Positions 18,866 to 29,262 of a stretch of DNA of 49,729 bases are shown here, piece after piece; position 1 is the stretch's first letter; the number at the start of each line of letters is the position of its first letter. Source of the stretch: Gemmatimonadales bacterium (GTDB lineage Bacteria > Gemmatimonadota > Gemmatimonadetes > Gemmatimonadales > GWC2-71-9). A program made the translations under genes and the position numbers. Location: contig JBBQFH010000025.1 of the NCBI GenBank assembly GCA_038321865.1, positions 1-49,729 of the forward strand, given 5' to 3'. The notes below the pieces were generated by a model. It saw only the letters and a program-made list of their open reading frames with translations, made no database searches and had not been told where the DNA came from.

Positions 18866-19965
18866 GCGGGGGTGATGGAGCCGAGGACCCGCCGCCGCGT
18901 GGCACCGGTGGCGGCGGGGAGGTTGCCGGGCTGGCCGTGCAGGGTGAGGTAGCCCAGCAGCGCGAAGGCGACCGCTTCCTTGGCGTCGCCGTCGAAGAAG
19001 AGGTCGTCGAACTTCCGGAGCGTACGCTGCGCGCCGAGCTGCCGCGCGAGCGAGCCCATGAGCCCCGGGTGATGGCAGCCGCCGCCCGACACGACGATCT
19101 CGGCGGCGCCCGGCGCCCACCGCACGATGGCGGCCCCAATCGAGCGCGCGGTCAGCTCGACTGCCGTCGCCACGCCGTCGGCGCCGGGCAGGCGCTGGTA
19201 CAGCGCTCGGGCGTATCCGTCGCCGAAGCGCTCGCGCCCGGTGCTCTTCGGCGGCTCGGCCGAGAAGAACTCGTCGGCGAGGAGCTCGGTGAGCACCGAC
19301 TCGTCGGGGCGGCCGGTCGCGCTGACGATGCCGTCGCGATCGAACGGCAGCGACGGGTCCACCAGGCGCGCCACGGCGTCGATCACCGCCATGCCCGGCC
19401 CGGTGTCGAAGGCAAAGGCGTGATCCTCGCGGGCGCGCCGCTCGACGTAGGTGAGATTCGCCATGCCGCCGATGTTGAGCAGGACGCGGGGCGCGTCCCC
19501 GCCGAACAGCAGCACGTCGGCCATGGGCACGAGCGGCGCGCCCTGTCCTCCGGCGGCCACGTCGCGCGAGCGGAAATTGCTGATGACCGGCACGCCGAAC
19601 CGCTCGGCGAGCACCGCCGGCTCGCCCAGCTGCCAGCTCACCTCGGGCGGCTCGTGCCACACCGTCTGCCCGGGAAATGCGATGAAGGCGAGATCGGAGG
19701 CGAGCACGCGAGTCGCGGTCAGGACGTCCTGCACCGCGTCCGCCGCCCACTCCGCCAGGTGCGCGTGGAGCAGCGCGGCGTCGCGGGCACTCGAGCCGTC
19801 GAGCACCGCGCGGATGCGGGCGCGCTCCTCCGGCGTGTACGGCCGCCGGGCGAAGCCGACGAGCGTGGTATGGGTGGGATCGGTGAACCTCACCAGTGCG
19901 GCGTCCACACCGTCGAGCGAGGTGCCGGACATCAGTCCGACCGCGAGGGTGGGACGCTCGGTCAT
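18862..19965 (-). CDS. anmK: Anhydro-N-acetylmuramic acid kinase
   Basis: GLMSGTSLDGVD, GQTVWH, DVAAGGQGAPLVP, LNIGGMAN, FDTGPG, PPKSTGRE, KEAVAFA. Confidence 0.95.
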   Translation of the reverse strand: MTERPTLAVGLMSGTSLDGVDAALVRFTDPTHTTLVGFARRPYTPEERARIRAVLDGSSARDAALLHAHLAEWAADAVQDVLTATRVLASDLAFIAFPGQTVWHEPPEVSWQLGEPAVLAERFGVPVISNFRSRDVAAGGQGAPLVPMADVLLFGGDAPRVLLNIGGMANLTYVERRAREDHAFAFDTGPGMAVIDAVARLVDPSLPFDRDGIVSATGRPDESVLTELLADEFFSAEPPKSTGRERFGDGYARALYQRLPGADGVATAVELTARSIGAAIVRWAPGAAEIVVSGGGCHHPGLMGSLARQLGAQRTLRKFDDLFFDGDAKEAVAFALLGYLTLHGQPGNLPAATGATRRRVLGSITPA

Positions 19966-20888
19966 GCGGTCCTCATGGGTGGCGGGTCGCCGACGATGGG
20001 CCGCAGGCGGCCGTCGTGCTCGGCCAGCAGGCGCTCGGCCTCGTCCCGGCTCACGCCGCGGCGGGCCATCACGATCGCGAGCTTGACGCTTCCGCCCGCT
20101 GCGACGATCACGTCACCGGCGTCGGCGCGGGACAGGCCGGTGGTCTCCATCACGATGCGGCAGCTCCGATCCACCAGCTTCGCGTTCCAGGCGCGCACGT
20201 CGACCATCAGGTTGCCGTAGACCTTGCCCAGCCGGATCATGGCGCCCGAGGTGATGGTGTTGAGCACCAGCTTGGTGGCGGTGCCGGCCTTCATTCGCGT
20301 CGAGCCGGTGACCACCTCCGGCCCGACGAGGACGGTGATGCAGACGTCGCAGGTATCGCGGAGAAGCCGGGGCGGTTCGGAGCAGGAGAGCAATACGGTG
20401 GCGGCACCGAGGGCCTGGGCCCGGCCGAGCGCCGCGCGGACGAACGGCGTGGTGCCGCTCGCCGCGATGCCGAGGACGACGTCGTGCGCGCCGATTCGGC
20501 GCTCGTCCATCGCGGCGATGCCCGCGTTGAGGTCGTCCTCGGCACCCTCGACCGAGCGCACCAGCGCGGGAAGCCCGCCGGCGATGATGCCCACGACCAT
20601 GTCGGGTGCGCTGCCGTAGGTCGGCGGGCACTCGGTGGCGTCGAGCACGCCGAGGCGGCCGCTGGTGCCGGCGCCGACGTAGTAAAGGTGGCCACCCGCC
20701 CGGAACGCCGCCTCGACCAGCTCGATCGTCCGCGCGATCGGCTCCCGCGCCCGGGCGACGGCCGCCGGCACCGCCGCGTCCTCGGCGTTCACCAGATCGA
20801 CCAGCTCCAGCGCGGAGGCGGTGTCGATGGACTGGGTGCGCGGGTTCCGGCGCTCGGTGAGGCGGGCGTCCGAGAAGTCGTCAGCCAT
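19962..20888 (-). CDS. murQ: N-acetylmuramic acid 6-phosphate etherase
   Basis: TERRNP, YVGAGTSGRLGVLDATECPPT, GIAASGTTP, GPEVVTGSTRMKAGTATK, NLMVD. Confidence 0.95.
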   Translation of the reverse strand: MADDFSDARLTERRNPRTQSIDTASALELVDLVNAEDAAVPAAVARAREPIARTIELVEAAFRAGGHLYYVGAGTSGRLGVLDATECPPTYGSAPDMVVGIIAGGLPALVRSVEGAEDDLNAGIAAMDERRIGAHDVVLGIAASGTTPFVRAALGRAQALGAATVLLSCSEPPRLLRDTCDVCITVLVGPEVVTGSTRMKAGTATKLVLNTITSGAMIRLGKVYGNLMVDVRAWNAKLVDRSCRIVMETTGLSRADAGDVIVAAGGSVKLAIVMARRGVSRDEAERLLAEHDGRLRPIVGDPPPMRTA

Positions 20889-21001
20889 GGCCAGGGGGAA
20901 CGGAGGAGTATCCAGCAGCCGCGGACGGGCTAAATTAGGAGGCGTCCAAGGCGGGGGGCAACCTCCCACACGATCCCACTTCACGAACACTCGAGGTACG
21001 C

Positions 21002-22738
<1,737 letters not shown>

Positions 22739-22753
22739 AGCCGGGAGCGACCG

Positions 22754-23230
22754 ATGGGCGTGTGGAAGAGCCTGAGTGAGCGTGCGGGGAAGGTGCGGGA
22801 TCTGCTCCGGCCGGGGACCGGGGGCGGCCTGGTGGAGGTCGAGGGCATCCGCTCGGCGTCAGCGCTGATCCGGGCGATCGATTCCGCGATGCCGCGCGGC
22901 GCGATACTCTGGATCGACTACCCGGGAGACGAGGCGGTCGAGCTCTATCTCGCCGAGCGGACGGGGCGGACCCTGGACCGTGCGGAGAAGGCCTTCCGGC
23001 TGCCGATCCGGGGCGACAACCTGCCGATGCTGGCACGCCTGGTGGAAGGTGCACCACTCCGGACGCTGGGAATCCACATCGGCGTGGACCACGAGCGGCG
23101 GCGCCTGCTCGCGGCGTACGACCTCGACTCGAATACGGCCGAAGTGGGAGTTTCGCCCAAGCTGGGGGCCGAATCGCAGCGTGTCTTTCGCCTGATCGCC
23201 ACGGAGGCGGCCGCGCCGGTACGTAGCTGA
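22754..23230 (+). CDS. Hypothetical protein
   Basis: GGAG RBS, ATG start, host-like codon usage, followed by a terminator. Confidence 0.75.
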   Translation: MGVWKSLSERAGKVRDLLRPGTGGGLVEVEGIRSASALIRAIDSAMPRGAILWIDYPGDEAVELYLAERTGRTLDRAEKAFRLPIRGDNLPMLARLVEGAPLRTLGIHIGVDHERRRLLAAYDLDSNTAEVGVSPKLGAESQRVFRLIATEAAAPVRS

Positions 23231-23243
23231 CCTCGATCGGACA

Positions 23244-23281
23244 CGAAAAAGGGGCCCCGGAATCACCGGGGCCCCTTTTCG
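23244..23281. terminator. Bidirectional intrinsic terminator
   Basis: AAAAA-GGGGCCCCGG-AATCA-CCGGGGCCCC-TTTT between convergent genes. Confidence 0.9.
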
Positions 23282-23297
23282 CGTGCCGCTGCGGTGC

Positions 23298-24113
23298 TCA
23301 GTTGGTGACGATCAGCTTGTCCCGCAGTTCGACGCGAATCGGCGAGCCGGACGCGACGACGATGTCGCGGTCCTTGGTCTCGACTGCGCGCTGGGCACCG
23401 ACGGCGCCGCCCAGCACCCCGCCGATGATCGTGCCCTTGCTGCCACCGAGCACGCGTCCGACCACGGCGCCGACCGCCGCACCGGCGCCGACCTTGGCGA
23501 CGTCACCCGCGGCAACTCCGTGGCTGACGAGGCGGCCGGTGACCATCACGTCGGCCGAGACCGGGTAGGTGTGACCGTTGGCCTCGATGCTCTCAACTGC
23601 CAGCGCGAGGGTGCCGGTGGAATCACTCTTGTTTTCCGACTCGTGGATCTGCGTGATCCGCAGGTTGACGGTCGAGCCCGACGGGATGACCACGCGGCCG
23701 GATGCGTCCTTCACATCCGACGTCACGGTGGCCGTGATCATCTCACCCACCTTGTTGGTGTGTGACGAGATCTGCGCGTTGGTGGTCGCGGCGATCATGG
23801 TGCCCGCGCCGAGACTGCGCGAGGCAGCGGCCGGCGTTGGAGCCGGCGTCGTAGCGCGGGGCGTGGTGACGCGCGGCGGCGTGGTGCGCGGCGGGGTCGG
23901 CATGGCCCGCGGTGTGGTGGTGGTGGTGGTGGTCGTCGTGGTGGCCGGCGGCGTGGTGGCCGCGGGCTGATCGCTCAGCGGGCGCGTGGTGTCGACCGGC
24001 GCCAGCTGCAGGTCCCGGTTCAGGCTGTCGGCGGCGGCGGTGTCCTTCCGCTCCCCACCGGTACAGGCGACAAGCGCAGCCACACCGAGCGCTGCCAGCA
24101 TCGTTCTCGACAT
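23298..24113 (-). CDS. Hypothetical lipoprotein with Thr/Pro-rich linker, beta-rich domain and glycine-zipper segment
   Basis: GGAGG RBS before ATG 24113; lipobox LVAC; GAGAAVGAVVG..LGG.KG.IIGG.LGGAVG. Confidence 0.8.
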   Translation of the reverse strand: MSRTMLAALGVAALVACTGGERKDTAAADSLNRDLQLAPVDTTRPLSDQPAATTPPATTTTTTTTTTPRAMPTPPRTTPPRVTTPRATTPAPTPAAASRSLGAGTMIAATTNAQISSHTNKVGEMITATVTSDVKDASGRVVIPSGSTVNLRITQIHESENKSDSTGTLALAVESIEANGHTYPVSADVMVTGRLVSHGVAAGDVAKVGAGAAVGAVVGRVLGGSKGTIIGGVLGGAVGAQRAVETKDRDIVVASGSPIRVELRDKLIVTN

Positions 24114-24174
24114 CAGTTTCCTCCTTGGTGGTTTGACTTGCTCGCCCTGCGTCATCGCGTGACATTCCACGCCG

Positions 24175-25929
24175 ATGCGCGAGCTCGAGACCCTTCTTCC
24201 CTACCTCAGACGGCACCGGCGCACCCTGGCCGGCGGCCTCCTGCTGGTCGTCGTCTCCAACGGATTCAACACGCTGGGGCCCCGGTACCTGCAGCGGGGC
24301 ATCGACGCGCTGCACCGGGGCGCCCCGTTTGCCGACGTGCGGACGGCGGTGCTGCTGCTGCTGGGGGTCGCCCTCGCGGGCGGCGTCGCCCGATACGGCA
24401 TGCGGCAGCTGCTCAACAGCGCCAGCCGGCAGGTCGAGTACGACGTCCGCAACGCGCTCTATCGGGATGTACAGCGAATGTCCGCTGAATTTTATGATAG
24501 ATACCCACTTGGCGATGTGATGGCGCGCACAACCAACGACCTGCAGAACGTTCGGATGGTGGCCGGACCCGCCCTGATGTATCTGGTGGACACGGTCGTC
24601 CGGGCGCTGATGGTGGTGCCGCTCATGGTGCAGATCAGCGGGCGGCTCTCGGCCATCGCCCTGCTGCCGCTGATCTCCCTGCCTCTCGTCATGACGGTGG
24701 TCGGACACGTCATCCACGTCCGGGCCGAGGCGATCCAGGCCCAGTTCAGCAGCCTCACCAGCCACGCGCACGAGAACCTGTCCGGCGTCCGCATCGTCCG
24801 GGCCTACCGCCAGGAGCGGGCGGAGGAGGCGCGGTTCCGCGCCCTCAACGAGGAGTACGCCCGGCGGAACCTCTCGCTGGCCCGCGTCCAGGGGCTGTTC
24901 CACCCGCTGCTCGCGCTCCTGGGTGGCCTTGGGGCGGTCGCGCTGCTCTACCTCGGTGGCCGCCTGGTGATGGCGGGGTCGGTGTCGGTGGGCCAGTTCG
25001 TGGCCTTCGGAATCTACCTGATGACCCTGGTCTGGCCGATGATCGCGCTGGGCTGGGTGGTCAGCCTGGTGCAACGCGGCGCGGCGTCGATGGGGCGCAT
25101 CAACCAGCTGTTCGCGGAGCGACCCGCGATCACCGATCCCGCCGATCCGCTCGAGCTGCCGCCGGCCGCCGGCGCCCGTGCGCTGGCGTTCGAGGGTGTG
25201 TGGTTCCGCTATCCCAACGCGGTCGAGCGCGGCTGGGTGCTGGAGGACGTGTCGTTCGAGCTGCCGGCCGGACAGTCCATGGCGGTGGTGGGCGCGACCG
25301 GCTCGGGCAAGACGGCGCTGGCCGACCTGATCGTGCGCACCTACGATCCCGATCGCGGCCGCGTGCTGCTCGACGGCGTCGACATCCGGCGCCTCCGTCT
25401 GGCCGACCTGCGCCGGGCCGTGGGCTTCGTGCCCCAGGAGACGTTTCTCTTCAGCCAGACGCTCCGCGAGAATGTCCTGCTCGGCGCCCCGGACGACGGG
25501 CGCCTGGAGCGAGCGGCCGAGACGGCGCAGCTCACCGAGGCCCTGCCGGCCCTTCCCGACGGATACGACACGCTGCTGGGTGAGCGCGGGATCAACCTCT
25601 CGGGCGGGCAGAAGCAGCGCGCGGCGATCGCCCGGGCGCTGGCGCAGGATCCGCCCGTCTTCGTGCTGGACGACGCGCTGAGCGCGGTGGACGCGCACAC
25701 CGAGGCGCACATCCTGCGCGCGCTCCGGGGCGCGCTCGAGGGGCGGACCAGCGTGACCATCTCGCATCGGCTCGCGGCGGTGCGGGACGCCGGGCTGATC
25801 CTGGTGCTGGACGGCGGGCGGATTGTGGAGCGCGGCACCCACTCCTCCCTGCTGGCGGCGGCCGGCCGCTACTGGGAGCTGCTGCGGCGCCAGCAGCTGG
25901 AGGAGGAGTTGGAGGGGGTGTACACTTGA
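24175..25929 (+). CDS. ABC exporter, fused permease/ATPase (MdlA-like)
   Basis: TM domain; GATGSGKT; LSGGQKQR; VLDDALSAVD; SHR. Confidence 0.93.
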   Translation: MRELETLLPYLRRHRRTLAGGLLLVVVSNGFNTLGPRYLQRGIDALHRGAPFADVRTAVLLLLGVALAGGVARYGMRQLLNSASRQVEYDVRNALYRDVQRMSAEFYDRYPLGDVMARTTNDLQNVRMVAGPALMYLVDTVVRALMVVPLMVQISGRLSAIALLPLISLPLVMTVVGHVIHVRAEAIQAQFSSLTSHAHENLSGVRIVRAYRQERAEEARFRALNEEYARRNLSLARVQGLFHPLLALLGGLGAVALLYLGGRLVMAGSVSVGQFVAFGIYLMTLVWPMIALGWVVSLVQRGAASMGRINQLFAERPAITDPADPLELPPAAGARALAFEGVWFRYPNAVERGWVLEDVSFELPAGQSMAVVGATGSGKTALADLIVRTYDPDRGRVLLDGVDIRRLRLADLRRAVGFVPQETFLFSQTLRENVLLGAPDDGRLERAAETAQLTEALPALPDGYDTLLGERGINLSGGQKQRAAIARALAQDPPVFVLDDALSAVDAHTEAHILRALRGALEGRTSVTISHRLAAVRDAGLILVLDGGRIVERGTHSSLLAAAGRYWELLRRQQLEEELEGVYT

Positions 25930-25931
25930 GC

Positions 25932-26576
25932 ATGCGCCCGCTCGCGTGGTTGCCGTTGCTGCTCGTACTCGCCGCCTGCGGCGGCCGACCGAAAAACCCG
26001 ACGACTCCGCCGCCCCAGCCGATCGCCGCCGTCACCGACTCGAACCCGGTATCGCGCATCGCGGACAGTCTCGTCCGGCGGCCGGGCGCCGGCGGGACGG
26101 TGGCGCCGAGCGGCAGGCGATTCGCCGTGGACACGACGATGTCGCCGGACCAGCGGTTCGTGCAGCTCGTGGCGATCCGGCTTGGGCAGGGTCTCGACCT
26201 GATCCACGACGTCGAGCATCGCGTGCAGGTGGGCGACTTCCACGCCGCACTGCTTCCGCTGGACAACAAGTGGGGCTCGGAACAGCTCAGTGCCTTTCAG
26301 ATGCTGCACTCGCTCTTCGGCCAGGACAGCGTCACGATCGTCGCCCAGCGGGCCCGGCGACTGGTCGACTCGCTCGGCGCGCTGGGTGGGTACCCGGCGC
26401 CCAGCATGGTCTGGAAGGCGCTCGCCGAGCATAACCGACGGACGGTCGCCATCTTCGACGTGCTGATTCCGCAGCTGAAAACCGAGGGGGTGCAGAAGCT
26501 GGCAGCGGCGCTCCGGGAGGAGCGAATGCGGGAGGTGTCCGCGTTCGAGGCGCAGGCGGCCAGCGAGGGACGCTGA
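25932..26576 (+). CDS. Hypothetical lipoprotein
   Basis: MRPLAWLPLLLVLAAC lipobox; helical C-terminal domain; directly follows the ABC gene. Confidence 0.7.
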   Translation: MRPLAWLPLLLVLAACGGRPKNPTTPPPQPIAAVTDSNPVSRIADSLVRRPGAGGTVAPSGRRFAVDTTMSPDQRFVQLVAIRLGQGLDLIHDVEHRVQVGDFHAALLPLDNKWGSEQLSAFQMLHSLFGQDSVTIVAQRARRLVDSLGALGGYPAPSMVWKALAEHNRRTVAIFDVLIPQLKTEGVQKLAAALREERMREVSAFEAQAASEGR

Positions 26577-26580
26577 CTCG

Positions 26581-27309
26581 TTACAGGTGCTCCCTGAGGA
26601 ATTCGGGCGTGATCCCCTGAAGCCACGCCGCCAGCCGGGTAAACTCACCGCTCGCCATCAACACCCCGACCAGCACCAGCATCACGCCGCTCACGATCTT
26701 CACGGTATTGAGATGGCGGCGGAAGCGCTGAAACCAGGCCAGAAAACCCTCCAGCGCGAAGGCGGCCGCCAGGAACGGCACCGCGAGTCCCGCCGAGTAC
26801 GCTGCCAGCAGCAGCATCCCGCGGCTGAAATCGGCCTGCGTCGCGGCGAGGCCGAGGATCGTGCCGAGGATCGGACCCAGACAGGGTACCCAGCCGGCAG
26901 CGAACGCCATGCCCACCAGCACCGAGCCCAGAAACCCGACCGGTTTCCTGTCGAGTTGCACCCGCTGCTCGCGCTGCAGGAAATCGAGCCGCAGCACCCC
27001 TAGCGTCCAGAGGCCGAACAGGATGATGAGCACGCCCCCCACGCGCGCGATCATCGGCTTGTAGTACTTGAACGCACTCCCCAGCGCCGAAGCGCCGGCA
27101 CCGAGGGCCAGAAAAATCAGGGTGAAGCCGAGCACGAAACACAGTGCGTGGAGGACGGCGAAGCGGCGCCGCCCGGCGATATCCTCGATCGTCATGCCGG
27201 TCAGAAAGGCGATATACGACGGAACCAGCGGCAGCACACAGGGAGAGAGGAAGCTCAGGACGCCCGCGCCGAATGCCGCGATGACGCCGTAGGACACCGG
27301 CTCGCTCAC
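26581..27309 (-). CDS. ccdA: Cytochrome c biogenesis protein CcdA
   Basis: GVLSFLSPCVLPLVP and GWVPCLGPIL; multiple TM helices; GTG start overlaps the fur stop. Confidence 0.92.
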   Translation of the reverse strand: MSEPVSYGVIAAFGAGVLSFLSPCVLPLVPSYIAFLTGMTIEDIAGRRRFAVLHALCFVLGFTLIFLALGAGASALGSAFKYYKPMIARVGGVLIILFGLWTLGVLRLDFLQREQRVQLDRKPVGFLGSVLVGMAFAAGWVPCLGPILGTILGLAATQADFSRGMLLLAAYSAGLAVPFLAAAFALEGFLAWFQRFRRHLNTVKIVSGVMLVLVGVLMASGEFTRLAAWLQGITPEFLREHL

Positions 27310-27752
27310 GGCCGCCTCCGGCATTCGGCGCAGGTGCCGCGGATTTCCACGCGATGGTGCTCATGCCTGAAGCCGTGCTCGTCCGCGACAATTGGAAGCA
27401 TGCGCTCGAGCCGCTCGTTGCTGAATTCGGTCACCTGCCCGCACCGACGGCAGATGAGATGGCCGTGGTCGTCGCCGCGAAGCGCCTCGTAACGGCGGGC
27501 CCCGTCCCCGAAGTCGTGCGATCGCGCCAGCCCCGCGCCGACGAGGAGCTCGAGGGTCCGGTAGACCGTGGCGGTGCCGACATCCGAATCCTGATCCCGC
27601 AGGCGCCGCTCGATGGACTCGGCCGACGGATGATCCACCGAGCGGAAGAGGGCTTCTGCGATGAGGTCGCGCTGGCGAGTGACCGGGAGGCCACGGTCCC
27701 GCAGGTGCTTCCGGAACCGGTCGAGCAGCGCGGTCGCGTCGTCACCGCTCAA
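27306..27752 (-). CDS. Fur-family transcriptional regulator
   Basis: TRQR, HPSAE, ATVYRTL, HGHLICRRCG and C-terminal CAEC. Confidence 0.92.
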   Translation of the reverse strand: MSGDDATALLDRFRKHLRDRGLPVTRQRDLIAEALFRSVDHPSAESIERRLRDQDSDVGTATVYRTLELLVGAGLARSHDFGDGARRYEALRGDDHGHLICRRCGQVTEFSNERLERMLPIVADEHGFRHEHHRVEIRGTCAECRRRP

Positions 27753-28122
27753 TCGCCGGCTCGGGCGAGCGGGGGAACCAGCTCTCCACCTCGACCGGAA
27801 TCGGGGGGACCTCGTCCTCGGTGCGCTTGTGCACTTCCTGCAGCAGACTGGCGAGCGCGTCCACCGGCCCGCTCCCCACCTCTTCGATGCTCGACTCGAA
27901 CCTGCCGCGCTCCTTGCCCTTGATCATCAGCGAAAAGCGGGCGGTGTAGATGCGCCGGCGCTCGCCGTCCACCCGCGACAGCACGGCGGTGCCCCATTCG
28001 CGCTGCTGCTGGCGCAGCACCGGGAAGACCCAGACCCCGTCGAGCTCCTCCGCCGGCAGCTCGCGGGCGGCGGCGGCGGCCAGGAGCGTCCAGCCGTCAC
28101 CCACGCCGGGCTGGTCGGTCAC
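27742..28122 (-). CDS. Hypothetical protein
   Basis: Overlaps both neighbours (coupled); protein-like sequence (EWGTAVLSR...RRIYTARF). Confidence 0.75.
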   Translation of the reverse strand: MTDQPGVGDGWTLLAAAAARELPAEELDGVWVFPVLRQQQREWGTAVLSRVDGERRRIYTARFSLMIKGKERGRFESSIEEVGSGPVDALASLLQEVHKRTEDEVPPIPVEVESWFPRSPEPAIER

Positions 28123-29210
28123 GCCTGTGCCTCCTGCCACTGCTCGACGTAGTGCCGGAGCACGTGCATGAAGTCCTGTGCGTTAGTGACGACGCCGTAG
28201 GCCTGGTGGGTACCGCGGTCCTTCAGCTTGTTGACGACGAACTCCGTCTGGTCCACGCAGATGGTCATGAGCGGCTCCGGCGGGCCGCTCCGGGTATGGA
28301 ACGCCGGGAGCATGTTGCCGACAGCGATCGCGTGGAGCGCCGTGGCGACGAAGATGGCGCCGGTAGCGAGCACGGTATGCTCGCGCATGGCGTCCTGGGC
28401 GGCGAGCGAATCGGAAATCACGCCGGGGAGCGGGCCGTCGTCGCGAATCGAGCCGGCAAGGACGTAGGGCACCTTGTGGGTGACGAGCGCGTGCATGATG
28501 CCGCTCCGGATGATCCCCGAGGCGACCGCGGCATCGATGGAGCCGGCCGCCCGCACGCGATTGATGGCCCGCATGTGGAGGCCGTGACCGCCTTCGGTCG
28601 GCTGGCCGGTGTTGCTCATGCCGAGCGTCGTGCCGAAGATCGCGGCCTCGATGTCGTGCACCGCGACGGCGTTGCCGGCGAGCACCGCCTGCACGTAGCC
28701 GTTGGCGATGAACCATTCGAAGTCGGCTCGTGCACGCGAGTGCACCAGCGCCGGACCCGCCACCCAGATCAGGTAGCCCCCGCGCGCCCGCTCCTCGCCC
28801 AGGCGGGCCGCCAGCTCTTCGTAGTTGACCGGGCGCTCGCGGCTGACTTCGGTGGACATGAAGCGGAACTCGTTGGCGCCGTGGGCGCCGCCAAGAAACC
28901 CTTCGCTGTGGACCACGATCCCCTCGGTGCCGTCCTCCGCCTCGCCCATGGCGATCCGGTCACCCCGCTTGAGACGCCGGGGCTCGATCGTTTCCAGCGT
29001 TCCCCCGCGCTCGACGATCACGCAGTCCATCCGGGGACGGATCGGCGCCTGCCAGTTGCCGTTCAGCCGCACATAGGTGGGGAGGTTCGACGTCGAGAAG
29101 AACCCCTCGGGCAGCACGCCGTCGGACGGCAGCGGCGCGAAGCGAGCCTCCGGCGCGCCCGCGAACGGGGGCCGGCTGAAGTCCGGCCTGGTGTATTCGG
29201 TGTCGGTCAT
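28119..29210 (-). CDS. TIGR00300 / LOR-SDH-family protein (ornithine cyclodeaminase-like, related to the ArgZ C-terminal region)
   Basis: P.GF.STSN.PT, MDC, FRFMSTEVSRER, GPA.VH, GNAVAVHDIE, GHGLH...IN, VLAGSIRDDGPLP, LHAIAVGN, KLKDRG. Confidence 0.82.
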   Translation of the reverse strand: MTDTEYTRPDFSRPPFAGAPEARFAPLPSDGVLPEGFFSTSNLPTYVRLNGNWQAPIRPRMDCVIVERGGTLETIEPRRLKRGDRIAMGEAEDGTEGIVVHSEGFLGGAHGANEFRFMSTEVSRERPVNYEELAARLGEERARGGYLIWVAGPALVHSRARADFEWFIANGYVQAVLAGNAVAVHDIEAAIFGTTLGMSNTGQPTEGGHGLHMRAINRVRAAGSIDAAVASGIIRSGIMHALVTHKVPYVLAGSIRDDGPLPGVISDSLAAQDAMREHTVLATGAIFVATALHAIAVGNMLPAFHTRSGPPEPLMTICVDQTEFVVNKLKDRGTHQAYGVVTNAQDFMHVLRHYVEQWQEAQA

Positions 29211-29262
29211 AGAGGGATGGAAGGTAGTCGGCGGCCGGAGCCGATTGCAGGGGCGCGGCGCG

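Noticed and set aside
18866..19750. Apparent long N-terminal extension of the GH3 ORF (similar extensions on purA, priA, epimerase, murQ, M28 and rpmD ORFs)
   Set aside because: Alternative-frame overlap with the upstream real gene; better starts exist at stop/start overlaps or RBS-backed codons.
23860..23960. GTG/GGT microsatellite-like run
   Set aside because: Encodes the Thr/Pro linker of the lipoprotein; not a CRISPR or contingency repeat.
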